Made by a program: the position numbers and the translations under genes. Of a DNA stretch of 64,000 nt, positions 26,577 through 42,520 are shown piece by piece. The stretch is from contig OZ024742.1 of assembly GCA_964016885.1 (NCBI GenBank), positions 367,970,001 to 368,034,000 of the forward strand, read 5' to 3'. The notes under the pieces are model-generated. The model saw nothing but the letters and a program-made list of their open reading frames with translations, did not search any database and was not told where the DNA came from. This DNA comes from Eledone cirrhosa (taxonomy: Eukaryota). Each line of letters starts with the position of its first letter. Within the stretch, counting starts at the first letter, position 1.

Positions 26577-28245
26577 TAATTCATTTTTTCGTGTTCTGTA
26601 GTGGTTTAAATTTTTCAATGAAGAATTCTTCTTTATATCTGTGGAAATGTTCGTTATCCGACCATATCTTGAAGAAAGGGAAGATTGTGAATTTTCCCTT
26701 CCCGCATGATGAAAAGTGTGCGCTACATGTGGTATTCTGACTGTGGGGTCTTTAATTTGTTGTTTATGTACCCGGACTCTATCATGAAATCAAGTTCCGG
26801 TTTCCCCAATGTAATACTCTTTACACTGTGGACATGTTGCGCAATATATTAGGTTTTTCGTTTAGCAGTTCATGTTTGCATTGACCTTATAATTATCATG
26901 GTTTTTGAAGGACAACTGTTTGCCCTCTTCGATGAGTTCACAGGTTCCACATCTAGGGTCCCCGCATTTCGTCACTTGCATTGATTCCATGTTGGTCGTA
27001 AATTTTGCCTTGGTAATTAGTTTTTTAAGGTTGGGTGCTTGGCGTCTGCTATAAATTATCTGTGCGTTTTTTAAGAGTGCATTCATTTTGGTAGATTGCT
27101 GTAGAATCGGGAGATACTGCTTAGCAGTTTTCACAATGTTGATGTTCCCTGGGTTGTGAGTGATGACAAAAGAGATAGCAGGGTTTTCTTTTTTATGTTG
27201 TGGGTTTGGTTTTCTCAGTGTTATTGGGATGTTCTTAGCCTTGGAGATGGCTGCGTTGATGAGTTTCATCGGGTATTCTTGTTTTTTTAGGAATTTTTTC
27301 AGGTCACATAATCTTTTTTCTTGTAGTACGGGGTGTGTTGCTATAGTGCAGATGCGCCTTGCCATGTTGAAGGGAATGTTCCTTTTCGTATGTGAGGGGT
27401 GTGCTGACCGGAAATTTAAATATTGTTGTGTGTCAGTGGGTTTGCAAAATAGGTCCGTTATGATATTTTCCCCTTCTTTAATGATGAAATATATCTAGAA
27501 AGGGCAGTTCCTTTTCGTTACATTCCATAGTCAATTGTATAGCTTCATGAAGCCTGTTTAAGATCGAATAAAATTTTTGTAGGTCTGTTTGGCTTCTGTT
27601 CCAGAAGATGAAGCAACCATCTAGGTAACGTTTCCAGTTTTTATTAATATAGAAGGCGAAGTCGTGACTGAATGTTATCTGTAGTTGGGAATATAATTTT
27701 GCCTCTAAGTGACCCATAACGAGCGTTGCATATGTAGGGGCCACTTTGGTACCCATGGCTGTTCCTTTTATTTGTAGATAAAGTTCGTTGTCAAAGAGGA
27801 AGTGGTTGTTTTCCAATACTAATTTAAGTCCTTCCAAGATGAATTCTTTGGGGAATCTTTCTGAAATGTGACTTGAGTGTTTTGTAATCCAGAAGTGCAC
27901 AGCTTCAATCCCTAGGTCGTGTGGGATGTTAGTGTACAGGCTTATTACATCAAAACTGACTAGGATTGTATCTTGGTGTACTTTTTGGGGAATTCCATAT
28001 CCTCTCTGATGTAGTTTGGAACTTTTTTACATAGGGGTTTGAGTATTATGTCTAATAGGTTGCTTAGACGTTGTGTGCTTGAGGCTGGGCCAGAAATAAT
28101 GGGGAGTAATTTTAAGTCTGTCGGTTTTGGCGCTTCGATGTATGATGTATTTTTCCCTTTCATGTTGTTTTGGATTTCTATGGATTTGTGAATTTTTGGT
28201 AATCCAAAGAAATTGCTGGTTTTCATTTCGAAGTTCGTTAGGTAA
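26577..28245 (-). pseudogene. Fragmented PLE RT, Cys linker and GIY-YIG
   Basis: FFGLPKIHK, GTAMGTKVAPTYA, RYLDG (mutated DD), LPFLD, CGDPRCGTC; frameshifts and stops. Confidence 0.88.
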
Positions 28246-28665
28246 TGACCGGGGCAGGCTGCACTTGCTACATTTCTCCCCACCCAACCCTACTCACCGT
28301 CTCAACTCATTACTGCTATTAACACTTTTTCAACACACCTACACCCCTACACTTATTAAAGGGGGAGAAAAAAAGCCCTACCACAGCACAGACATGTTAA
28401 ATCCCTATATATAGAACAACACACCACATACACATCAGTTTGACAAGCGCACCTCAGCGTGAAAGGTCGTTCTAAAAACGAAACAATACCTCCTACGTTA
28501 ACCAAGAACTCCTAAGACCTAACCAACAACCAACAACTTAATTTATAAAATAATTTTTTTTAAGAAAAATTTATTTCTAATCCAGAAAAAAATTCTTTTT
28601 GGATTTTGTGAAGAAAATAAATTTGTTGAAAGCACAAGTGAAGCCTTTTTTTCTTCCCCCTGTCT

Positions 28666-28706
<41 letters not shown>

Positions 28707-28712
28707 CTGTAT

Positions 28713-28989
28713 AAGAGAGTGCGACTGGCTTTCTGCAGTGCCTTTGCTCACTATAAAAGCTTCACGGCAAAGGAATTGCTTTATATCTGGAGATCTCTCT
28801 GCACTTGTCGTCACATGGTACCATGGGCCCAGCACTATGTGTCAATAATTGTCACAAGTGTAGTGTTTGTACCAGAGTTTTCAAGTCACTGGCTGGATTG
28901 AAAAGTCACACTCGTTCAGCGCATCGGTAGAGGTTCTCCTACATGGATATAAAGTAGTGGCCGTACTCGAAAACGAGTTGGCAGCCACC

Positions 28990-28991
<2 letters not shown>
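28713..28991 (+). mobile_element. 5'-truncated copy of the RTE-like element
   Basis: Matches 36797-37073; ends GAAAACGAGTTGGCAGCCACCAT-(TA)n. Confidence 0.75.
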
Positions 28992-29039
<48 letters not shown>

Positions 29040-29267
29040 CAGGAAAGAAGAGTGACACGGTTTGCTATACAAAAAAGGTTATTAATCTCATTGCTGACAA
29101 TTGTTTCTCTGAACTGGTAGGACTAGAGATCGCTACCCGCTTGTTTTCACGTTATTCGATCACCAATACAAAGTTATAACCAGTCAATTCATCGGAGCTT
29201 GTGAGAATGGAGTACACTAACTGGACTACACTTAAATGGACTACCTATAACAATAATCTGTTACCCC

Positions 29268-29347
<80 letters not shown>

Positions 29348-29349
<2 letters not shown>

Positions 29350-29494
29350 AATTGTCACAAGTGTAGTATTTGTACCAGAGTTTTCAAGTCGGTGGCTGGA
29401 CTAAAAAGTCACACTCGTTCAGCGCATCGGTAGGAGTTCTCCTGCATGGATATAAAGTAGTGGCCGTACTCGAAAACGAGTTGGCAGCCACCAT
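29348..29494 (+). mobile_element. Short 5'-truncated copy of the RTE-like element
   Basis: Matches 36927-37073. Confidence 0.75.
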
Positions 29495-29513
29495 ATATAT
29501 ATGTATACATACA

Positions 29514-29616
<103 letters not shown>

Positions 29617-29638
29617 GTGTGTGTGTACGTATGTATTT

Positions 29639-29678
<40 letters not shown>

Positions 29679-29681
29679 TTG

Positions 29682-33556
<3,875 letters not shown>

Positions 33557-33668
33557 ATATATATATATTAAAGTGTTAAACGATATTCAATCATTATGTC
33601 AAATAATGAGTTTTACAGTAGATTGAAAGCACTCTACGGGAAAAAAAATAATTTTCCGGAGTTATTAA

Positions 33669-33854
33669 TATTAAAATTTAAATATTAATAAAATAGTTGT
33701 TCTTTTGTTCAATTATATTTTATTATACATATTTCGGATGTACAACACTACGTCCTCATCATGATGAGGACGTAGTGTTGTACATCCGAAATATGTATAA
33801 TAAAATGTAATTGATCAAAAGAACATCTATTTTATTAATATTTATATTTTAATA
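33669..33854. repeat. 186-bp palindrome without spacer, each arm a 5'-truncated hammerhead plus AATAAA
   Basis: Centre CCTCATCA|TGATGAGG at 33761/33762; arm reads TGATGA-GGA..TCC-GAAA-TATG-TA-TAATAAA. Confidence 0.9.
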
Positions 33855-33957
33855 TATATATATATAGGTAAGTTATTCCGGGTTGAATCGGAGGTAACCA
33901 CAGTAAGTAAGGTACTCAATACTTAGCAGAGTATAAAAGTTTTAATATATTTAATGC

Positions 33958-34002
33958 TTCCTGATGATTTCTAAAAAATGAAACAGTTCTAGTCCTGTAG
34001 AA
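33958..34002 (+). ncRNA. Type I hammerhead ribozyme motif (short helices) in a small inverted PLE-end remnant (33867-34025)
   Basis: TTC-CTGATGA-TTTCTAAAAAAT-GAAA-CAG..CTG-TA-GAA; helix I TTC/GAA, helix III CAG/CTG. Confidence 0.6.
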
Positions 34003-34019
34003 TCTCATCTATATTAAAA

Positions 34020-34078
<59 letters not shown>

Positions 34079-34298
34079 CGTTTCTGAATTTGTTTAGCAA
34101 GATTCTTTATCTGAAATCGTGTGTTGAAACCGATATTGTTATACTTTGGGAGGGTCATATTGCCAATAAGAAACACACACACCAGTTGCTTTCACTTCAA
34201 TTTATTATATATTTATAAATTTATAAATTTACAAATCTACAAACTTATAAATTTTTGGTTGGTTGGTTGGTTCCACAACCAGATAGTTGTTTATATAT

Positions 34299-34343
34299 AG
34301 TCATAGTCCTTTCGTCACACACTCTGTGACCTCTTCAGTGACT
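34299..34343 (-). ncRNA. Type I hammerhead ribozyme in the family B 3' end (other copies 41413-41455 minus; 41923-41965 plus with CCGAAGA)
   Basis: AGTCA-CTGAAGA-G-GTCACA GAGTG TGTGAC-GAAA-GGAC-TA-TGACT; perfect 5-bp helix I. Confidence 0.75.
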
Positions 34344-34547
34344 GGGGATTCCTTTCTTTGTTTCTGTGCCTTTCCTTTCTTCTGTCCTACGCCATTTTGT
34401 TTCTGTGTGTGTTTTGTGTGCTCAGTTTGCGCATGCGCCACATCCGGGTGTCTGTGTGTGTTTGTGTTCATTTATCTATTTGTTTATTTATTTACATGTT
34501 GTTGGTTGGTTGTTTGTTCTATGTGTGTGTGTGTTTTCATTTTGTCC

Positions 34548-35638
34548 TTAATTGTAAGTTGTGATGATGCTGTTCCACTCATATTTTCTATTTAATTTTG
34601 GTTGTAATTCTTTTATGCTTACTGCCTCTGTAATTTGCCTAAACATTGCATCTTTTCTGTGTGTGGATTCTATTTTTATTTCTATGTTCTCTAATTTACC
34701 CTTGTGTTCTATCTTAGCATGTTGGTAGAGTACAGATGATTCTTTATTATCTTGAAGGTCTCGCCAGTGTTCATTTATCCGTTCCCCTATACTACGAGCT
34801 GTCTCACCTATGTACACTATATTTTTGTTTCTACATTGTCCTTCAGTACATCTTATGCTATACACTACATTTCTAGTTTTACAGTTAATATGGGGGCTTA
34901 TTTTACAGGTTATACATTTCTTATCTATACATGAGGGTCTTTGGAACGGGTATGTCTTGCTAATAACTGTTTTTACGGAGGTACCTGGTCTTTCTACTAT
35001 ATTAATATTGAGTTTATGTTTATTTAGGGCCCTTCTAAATTTGTAGGCTAGTTCGCCTCTAGGGGTTGTATTGATGAACATTACACTCTGGTATTTATTG
35101 CTATCATACCATGCGTTTATTCTATTGGCCTTGTTCCTAGTTCTTTCTATTCTATTCCAAAATTTGCTCCTATACAAGGGGCAGGTCCCATTTATGTCAT
35201 TATTTACCATTTTTTCCCATTTGGTTCTGGCTCCTCTATACACTCTGATTCTATCTCTCTGATTGTAGCCAGAGAACTGCATACGGTGGATGAAGTGTTG
35301 TATGTGTCTCTCTAGTTCTTCGGGGTTGCACATGCGGGACACATTTCTCATCCCCCGTACCAAATCCGCAATCAGTATGTTGATTTTGGTATGGTCCGAA
35401 ATGGCCGAGTTTCGGTGGATCAGATGTTTGGAAGTCATGGGTTTGGCATAATGGGAATGGAGGATTTGTTTTTGGTTGTTAATGGTATCTAACCAGAGCT
35501 CTGTGTCTAGTACAGGTAATCGATGGTTGGGGTGATTACTTGGGTAGTCTATAGTAACTCTAATGCTCTGGTGGATGGAGTTTGCTATTTGCTGGATGCT
35601 TTCCATTGTGTTTTTCTCTAGTTCCTGACTGTTCTCTA
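34548..35638 (-). pseudogene. C-terminal half of family B ORF (RT thumb plus GIY-YIG)
   Basis: LPVLD, HYAKPM, C....C..C, NVVYSIRC..C...YIGETARSIGERINEH, H...EH, LNRKYE. Confidence 0.88.
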
Positions 35639-35639
35639 A

Positions 35640-36257
35640 CAAACTGCATAATAGGCAGTATGGATGTTGTGTCCCTGTATCCATCTATTGACGTGGATTT
35701 TGCTGTGGAGAAATGCGTAGAAATGATCAGCGAGAGCAAGGTTGAGTTCCGTGGGATTGATACCAGTGAGCTGGGACTTCTACTTAAGCTTACCCATAGT
35801 AATAGTTACCTAGACACTTATGACCTTAGCAACCTGTGCCCTACAAGACCAACAAGAGACAGACCACCTACCATTACCTCAATGGCCAAGAAAACCCACA
35901 CAGATAGATGGAACGGGTGGACCAGAGCCATACGGACACCCGAAAACCACGATGAACTGAAGAAAATGATTGCACATGCGGTAGGGGCCAGCATAAAATT
36001 AACCCTTAAGGAACATATGTTCAAATTTAATGGAAAAACATATGCCCAAGAGGAAGGAGCAGCCATTGGTGTTAGCATTGCAGGCGACATAGCTAACTTA
36101 TTCATGGTATGGTGGGACAGTAGACTTAAACTTAAACTTAAAGAACAATTAGAAGACAGCTTAACCCTGATAATGTACTCCCGCTACGTAGATGATATTA
36201 ACATCGTAGTTAAGACACCCCCACTAGAGAACAGTCAGGAACTAGAGAAAAACACAC
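35640..36257 (+). pseudogene. Inverted RT core fragment of family B ORF
   Basis: SMDVVSLYPSI, QEEGAAIG, YSRYVDD; ends in LENSQELEKNT, where the minus-strand fragment begins. Confidence 0.88.
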
Positions 36258-36463
36258 ATATATATATATATATATATATACATATATGTATGTATATTAT
36301 ATATATATATATCCTTGTATATATATATATATATTATTAGCTCAGTTTAAAAGTTTAGGCAAAATATCTCTGCTTTCACCCTTATACGATATATATATGT
36401 ATATATGTATGTTAATATATATATATATATATATATATATTATGTATATATATATATATGTAT

Positions 36464-37069
36464 GTCAGGTCATCAGTTGGTGCTACTGGTAACATGTATC
36501 CCAGTACAACCTGTCTCATGGTCGGGTCGTTGGCGACTAAACTGGCAACCCCACCAAGGTTTCTTGGTGAGGAGGGTGACTTTGGACATCCTGCAGGACG
36601 AAAAACAAAACCTGTCAAAGGGCAAAGGAGCTCTTAAGAGTCAATGTCCATCCAAAATCACTGGGAGAGATGACCCCTTAGCCTTTGTCAAGGCAGAATT
36701 CTAGGAGAAGGAAAACTCTGATATAACACCTGCAACCCTGATGGTATCCAATGATGTTGACTTGTTCTTCTTTTTGGTAAATATCATCTTGGTTAAGAAA
36801 GTGGGACTGGCTTTGTGCAGTGCCTTTGCTCACTATAAAAGCTTCACGGCACAGGCATTGCTTTATATCTGGAGATCTCTCTGCACTTGTCATCACATGG
36901 TACCATGAGCCCAGCACTATGTGTCAATAATTGTCACAAGTGTAGTATTTGTACCAGAGTTTACAAGTCGCTGGTTGGACTAAAAAGTCACACTCGTTCA
37001 GCGCATCGGTAGAAGTTCTCCTATATGGATATAAAGTAGTGGCCGTACTCGAAAACGAGTTGGCAGCCA

Positions 37070-37073
<4 letters not shown>
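36464..37073 (+). mobile_element. ~610-bp internally deleted RTE-like non-autonomous element
   Basis: 5' part has TTAGCCTTTGTCAAGGCAGAATTCTAGGAGAAGGAAAACTCTG (RTE-type 5' motif as I recall it); 3' part encodes a CxxC..H...H motif at 36941-37006 and ends in (TA)n. Confidence 0.7.
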
Positions 37074-37145
<72 letters not shown>

Positions 37146-37345
37146 TTGTTGGTTTGTTTGTATGTGTGTGTGTGTGTATGAGTGTATGTGTGTGTGTATC
37201 TATGTATGTGTGTGTGTGTGTGTCCTACATATATTCCAACATATATATGGAGATACATACGGGTACACAAAGAGAAATACACACCACACCAGCATATACA
37301 CGCTATTACATATATATACGTAGCTCTGACCGCTTACATATATAG

Positions 37346-37390
<45 letters not shown>

Positions 37391-37736
37391 TATATATATA
37401 TGTGTGTTTGTGTGTGTGTGTGGAATTTTATTTTTGGTATTTGTCTTTTTATAACAATTGTGTAAGAATGTCTTTACTTCCGGTAAAATATGGTATAGAC
37501 CTCTAATCCTGATCCAAGCTGAATGATAAAATATATTTAAGTTGTACTAAAATGTTTTGATGGAAACAAAACATCTTTAATTCTTGACGAGAAATGAAAA
37601 ATAGATGGAGTAATGTTGAAGTAAAGACATAGAGGAGACACAGACGCAAAAGTCGACGATAAGGTTACAGAATGCGTGCTGAAAGAATTTATGGCAATTA
37701 ATTAATTCTGTGATTGATTAGTTGGTTAACCATATA

Positions 37737-38075
37737 ATGGGTGGCTTAGTGGTTAAAGCCTCGGGCTTACAATCATGAGATTGTGAGTTCGATTGTCAGA
37801 CCGGGCTTTGTGTTGTGTTCTTGAGCAAAACACTTTATTTCACGTTACTCCTGTTTACTCAGCTGTAGAAATGAGTTGCGACGTCACTGGTGACAAAGTG
37901 TATTGACCATTGCATTTCTCTTGGACAACATTGGTGGCGTGGAGAAGGGAGAGTGGTATGATCGGGTGACTTATGGTTTTCCAGAAACAACCTTGCCAGG
38001 AATTGTAGCTCAGAGGGGAACTTTCTAGGTACAAATCCCATGGTCATTCGTGACCAAAGGGCGTCTTTATCCTTT
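37737..38075 (+). mobile_element. tRNA-derived SINE
   Basis: A box TGGCTTAGTGG (~37743), B box GTTCGATT (~37787), then body GTGTTCTTGAGCAAAACACTTTATTTCAC. Confidence 0.75.
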
Positions 38076-38196
38076 ATATAAATGTAAGTGGAGTCTTTTT
38101 AAGAATATTTATTTCCTTTGCTGGTTTCACAGTTCTTATGCTTTTCAAAAGTAGAATTGGGATGGAGGGTTTTCTCTTATCTATTTATCTATATAT

Positions 38197-39901
38197 ATGT
38201 ATACTGAACAATATAAACATTCTATGTTCTCTCTCTTACAAGACACTAACTTCTATGAAAGAGTAAAAAACTACCAGCAATCAAAAACGATGACCAGACT
38301 AAACACATTCATTTGTCGATACCAGGAAGACTTAACTAAAAAGGAACGCGATTATTTAACACATTTTGAATACACAACCAGCAACTTTTACGGACTTCCG
38401 AAGATCCGCAAGTGTAAAATAATTAACGATGCCTGTAAAAAATGTTCCTCAACCTGCATATATACAATACCACACAATACGCCACTGACCTTAAATTCAG
38501 AACCAAAACAACGACAATATTATTGTGTCTTTCGATGTAGTGAATGTCTACACAACGATCCCACACCAATACGGACTAGAAGCAATAGGATTCTGGCTAG
38601 AGAAATATCCCAATGAGATACCTAGCAGAATAGAAAAAAGCTTCATCACCGAGGGATTAAAATTTATTTTACAGAACAACCATTTTATTTCGATGGCAGT
38701 TCTTACAAGCAAATATCGGGGACTGCGATGGGTACAAAAGTCGCTCCAACTTATGCTAACTTAGTTATGGCATACTTGGAAGTCCAGATATATGAACACT
38801 CCAAATCAAAATACGGATTGAACTTCCACCAATATTTATCAGAGAATTGGAAACGCTACTTGGATGATTGTCTTATTCTTTCGTCTCACAAACTCGACCA
38901 ACTAAATGATTTCAAAAATTTAATTAACGGCATCAATAACCACATCCAATTCACAATTGAATACAGCCAAGATCAACTCCCATTTCTGGACATCTTAATC
39001 ATAAAAAAGACACAAATATTGAAACTGACATACACTACAAACTAACAGATTCCAAACAATACCTGCTATTGACCTCCAACCATCCAAAGCACACGAAGAC
39101 GAACATTCCTTTTAACCTAGCAAGAAGAATTTTTACAATTGTCTCCAATTATGAAACGCAAAATAAAAGACTTCAAGAATTAAAGGAAATTCTGCTCGAA
39201 AGACAGTACCCACCATTACTAATAAATAATGGAATAGAAAGGGCTAAAGCAATAGGCATTGATGAATTACGAAAACAGAAACAAATTCAAGGTACGTCCA
39301 GTATTCTATCATATATCTCAACACACAACCCAAGAAATGCGGAAGCTTACAACATTATTCACAAGAACATCCCACTATTGAAACAAGACCCAAGAATGAA
39401 AAAGGCCCTTGAAACACACAAAATAATCAAAAGCAAAAGACAACCAAAATCACTAAAAACATTACTCACCAATGCCAAATTACCTACCACAAAACCCACA
39501 ACCAACTGTCAAAATATGTGGTCACTCTAATTGTGGAACCTGCACTCCCCTCATTGAAGGCAACATGTATTATATTTCAATCAGGACAAAATTTTGTTGT
39601 AAAAAATCCCTTCACTTGCTCATCAAAAAATTTACTTTATGCCATTAAATGTAAAGGATGCAATGACGATTATATAGGACAAACTAAACTCACACTCAGA
39701 AACAGAATGACAATTCATCGCCAACAATTACAGGACCCTACCACAAGACAGATACCACTCAGTGCATATGCGCAAGGGATAAGACACAAATTCCAAGTCT
39801 TCCCATTTTACCTTTGCCATGACAATACAACAGAACAAATACGAATAAATAAGGAAAATTTGTTTATTAAAAAATATAGACCAGCATTAAATATAATTTA
39901 A
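38197..39901 (+). pseudogene. Fragmented PLE RT-GIY-YIG
   Basis: FYGLPKI, SFDVVNVYTTIP, MGTKVAPTYANL, RYLDD, LPFLD, NLLYAIKCKGC..YIGQT; multiple frameshifts and an internal deletion. Confidence 0.88.
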
Positions 39902-40091
39902 TATACATTATGTCAACACCATAACATGCTAACCATCCAAACAGACACATACAAACACACACACATAACACATGCTATATTCGAAAATAAAAACCAGAGC
40001 TAATTAAACATTAACATACGTTAATACTCTAACACCTTATCATGCTAACTATACCCCCCCCCCCACACACATATAACTCCCTCCCCCCATT

Positions 40092-40126
<35 letters not shown>

Positions 40127-40227
40127 ATATATATTCTCTCCATCTTAACATGCTAACCATACTCCCACACACCCCTATACACACACACATACCTCCCTCC
40201 CCCATTTCTACTAATAGAATCATCTTC

Positions 40228-40260
<33 letters not shown>

Positions 40261-40705
40261 AGCACATAAATAAAAATACATATCTTTACTTTTATATTTC
40301 AATAGAAAGTCTGAATTTTTACCCCTCAGCACAACCGCCATACTCACTGAACCAGAACAATGGACTTGTTCACGTGAGAGTCATCATTTCATTTATAACA
40401 ATCTGAGCCCATCCGCCCTTTTTTTAAAGGCAAATATAATAAGAACTTTGTAACGCGAACTGGCGCGAAATTTATTTTCACATGACAGTCATCAACCAAC
40501 CAAATTTCTTTTCTAAAAACCTAGCATTTCGAACCACTCTTTTCATATAAAACAGAAGTAACATTCGGCACCAACCTGATGCGGGAAAAGACACAAACCC
40601 TCCATGTCAATTCTTCTTTTGAAAAGCACAAGAACTGCGAAACCGGTAAAGGAACCAAATAAATATTTTCAAAAAGACTCCAGTTGCATTTTCGATTTCA
40701 TCTTT
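38197..40705 (+). mobile_element. 5'-truncated, decayed Neptune-like PLE (second family) with long 3' UTR
   Basis: RT/GIY-YIG fragments 38197-39901; 3' UTR with (CA)n and an HHR-like remnant plus AATAAA near 40576-40665. Confidence 0.8.
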
Positions 40706-41129
40706 ATTCCTTATATATGTATATCTTATATATGTATATCATCTTTATATATATATATATTCCTTATATATGTATAACATCTTTATTCCTTATATATGTA
40801 TATCCACATACATTCCACAATTTAAGAATGACCTGTAGTATCTATTTCATACTATTAACCTTAATTGAATATATATCTGACCGGGAATGCTTTTTGTGAA
40901 AATCAGTCATATGGAACTATTGTCATCTTGCCTAACGGTTTGAACTTTACAACACCACCTGCCTCTTTGAGGTCAAATACCAACCCTACTAGCATCTACA
41001 AGCTGACCAATGAGAATTAAGACTATTCCTGCTGACAACATTAAATTATTCCTAACAAGCTCATATATCCCAAGGCTATGATACCATCAACACTGTAAAC
41101 ACAGAGCTGGCATATCTAAGAACTGACTA

Positions 41130-41185
41130 ATTGCCTGATGAGGTCATAGCCATTCAATGGCTATCATCGAAATATATATAGCAGT
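41130..41185 (+). ncRNA. Type I hammerhead ribozyme at the 3' end of a short PLE fragment (~40880-41232)
   Basis: ATTGC-CTGATGA-GGTCATAGCCAT TCA ATGGCTATCATC-GAAA-TATATA-TA-GCAGT, then AATAAA at 41187; upstream frame ends ..LPNGLN. Confidence 0.85.
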
Positions 41186-41226
41186 AAATAAAGGATTATG
41201 AGTTCATGCAACTGACTTGTGTTTCG

Positions 41227-41256
<30 letters not shown>

Positions 41257-41261
<5 letters not shown>

Positions 41262-42160
41262 ATACTTTGGGAGGGTCATGTTGCCAATAAGAAACACACG
41301 CACCAGTTGCTTTCACTTCAATTTATTATATATTTATAAATTTATAAATTTATAAATTTATAAATTTCTGGTTGGTTGGTTGGTTCCACAACCAGATAGT
41401 TGTTTATATATTGTCATAGTTCTTTCGTCACACACTCTGTGACCTCTTCAGTGACTGGGGATTCCTTTCTTTGTTTCTGTGCCTCTCCTTTGTTCTGTCC
41501 TACGCCATTTTTTTTCTGTGTGTGTGTTGTGTGCTCAGTCTGCGCATGCGCCACATCCGGGTGTCTGTGTGTGTTTATGTTCATTTATTTATTTGTTTGT
41601 TTACATGTTACTGGTTGGTTGTTTGTTCTATGTGTGTGTGTGTTTTCATTTTGTCCTTAATTGTAAGTTGTGATGTTGCTGTTCCACTCATATTTTCTAT
41701 TTAATTTTGGTTGTAATTCTTTTATGTTTATTGCCTCTGAGATTTGTCTAAACATTGCGTCTTTTCTGTGTGTAGATTCTATTTTTATTTCTATGTTCTC
41801 TAATTTACCCTTGTGTTACGGATGTGGCGCATGCGCAGACTGAGCTCACAACACACACACAGAAACAAAATGGCGTAGGACAGAACAAAGGAGAGGCACA
41901 GAAATAAAGAAAGGAATCCCAAGTCACCGAAGAGGTCACAGAGTGTGTGACGAAAGAACTATGACAATATATAAACAACTATCTGGTTGTGGAACCAACC
42001 AACCCGAAATTTATAAATTTATAAATTTATTATAACAAATTGAAGTGAAACAGCTGGTGCGTGTGTTTCTTACTGGCAACATGACCCTCCCAAAGTATAA
42101 CAATATCGGTTTCAACACACGATTTCAGATAAAGAATCTTGCTAAACAAATTCAGAAACG

Positions 42161-42163
<3 letters not shown>
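41257..42163. mobile_element. Family B PLE ends in inverted arrangement (41257-41817 minus, 41818-42163 plus)
   Basis: Both halves match 34076-34710; flanked by (TA)n. Confidence 0.85.
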
Positions 42164-42205
<42 letters not shown>

Positions 42206-42209
42206 AGAG

Positions 42210-42345
42210 GGGGTAGAGACGATAGGCTTCTCCCGTAGCTATCTACTAAATTTTACACCCTTGGCATTGGTTAACATGAGGCAATAGCAGGTAACACATG
42301 CCCATGGAGCCACACTGCAGAGGGCCAGAACCGAAAACCACGTTA
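42210..42345 (-). mobile_element. Degenerate SINE fragment
   Basis: CATGCCCATGGAGCCACACTGCAGAGGGCCAGAACCGAAAACCACG resembles the reverse complement of a B-box plus SINE body. Confidence 0.4.
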
Positions 42346-42520
42346 TTGTTCAAACAGAGATATTTCTCTCTTATATAAAACAAAAGATAAAAAAAGCAGC
42401 CTGGTTGTATACAGTAAATACAATGTCAATATTATTAAGGTTTTACAGGAAATAAATCGAATAAAAAACTTAAATAAAAGATTGTTTTATTTGTCATAGT
42501 TGTTTGACACAATGATGTCT

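Larger units (their letters stand above)
34076..36257 (-). mobile_element. Penelope-like element, family B, 5'-truncated with inverted 5' segment
   Basis: Minus strand 35638-34076 carries thumb, GIY-YIG and 3' end; plus strand 35640-36257 carries RT motifs; ~32 bp (TAGAGAACAGTCAGGAACTAGAGAAAAACACA) is present at both breakpoints. Confidence 0.85.

Noticed and set aside
28425-28500. TTGACAA-GCGC..GCGT-GAAA-GGT..ACC-TC hammerhead-like motif (also 24222-24295 minus)
   Set aside because: Core has two mismatches and helix I is not adjacent; too degenerate to call
29088-29140. Minus-strand GAAA-CAATTG-TC possible hammerhead
   Set aside because: CUGAnGA core not recognisable
37737-37810. Possible tRNA gene
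   Set aside because: A and B boxes are present but there is no complete cloverleaf; it continues into a SINE body
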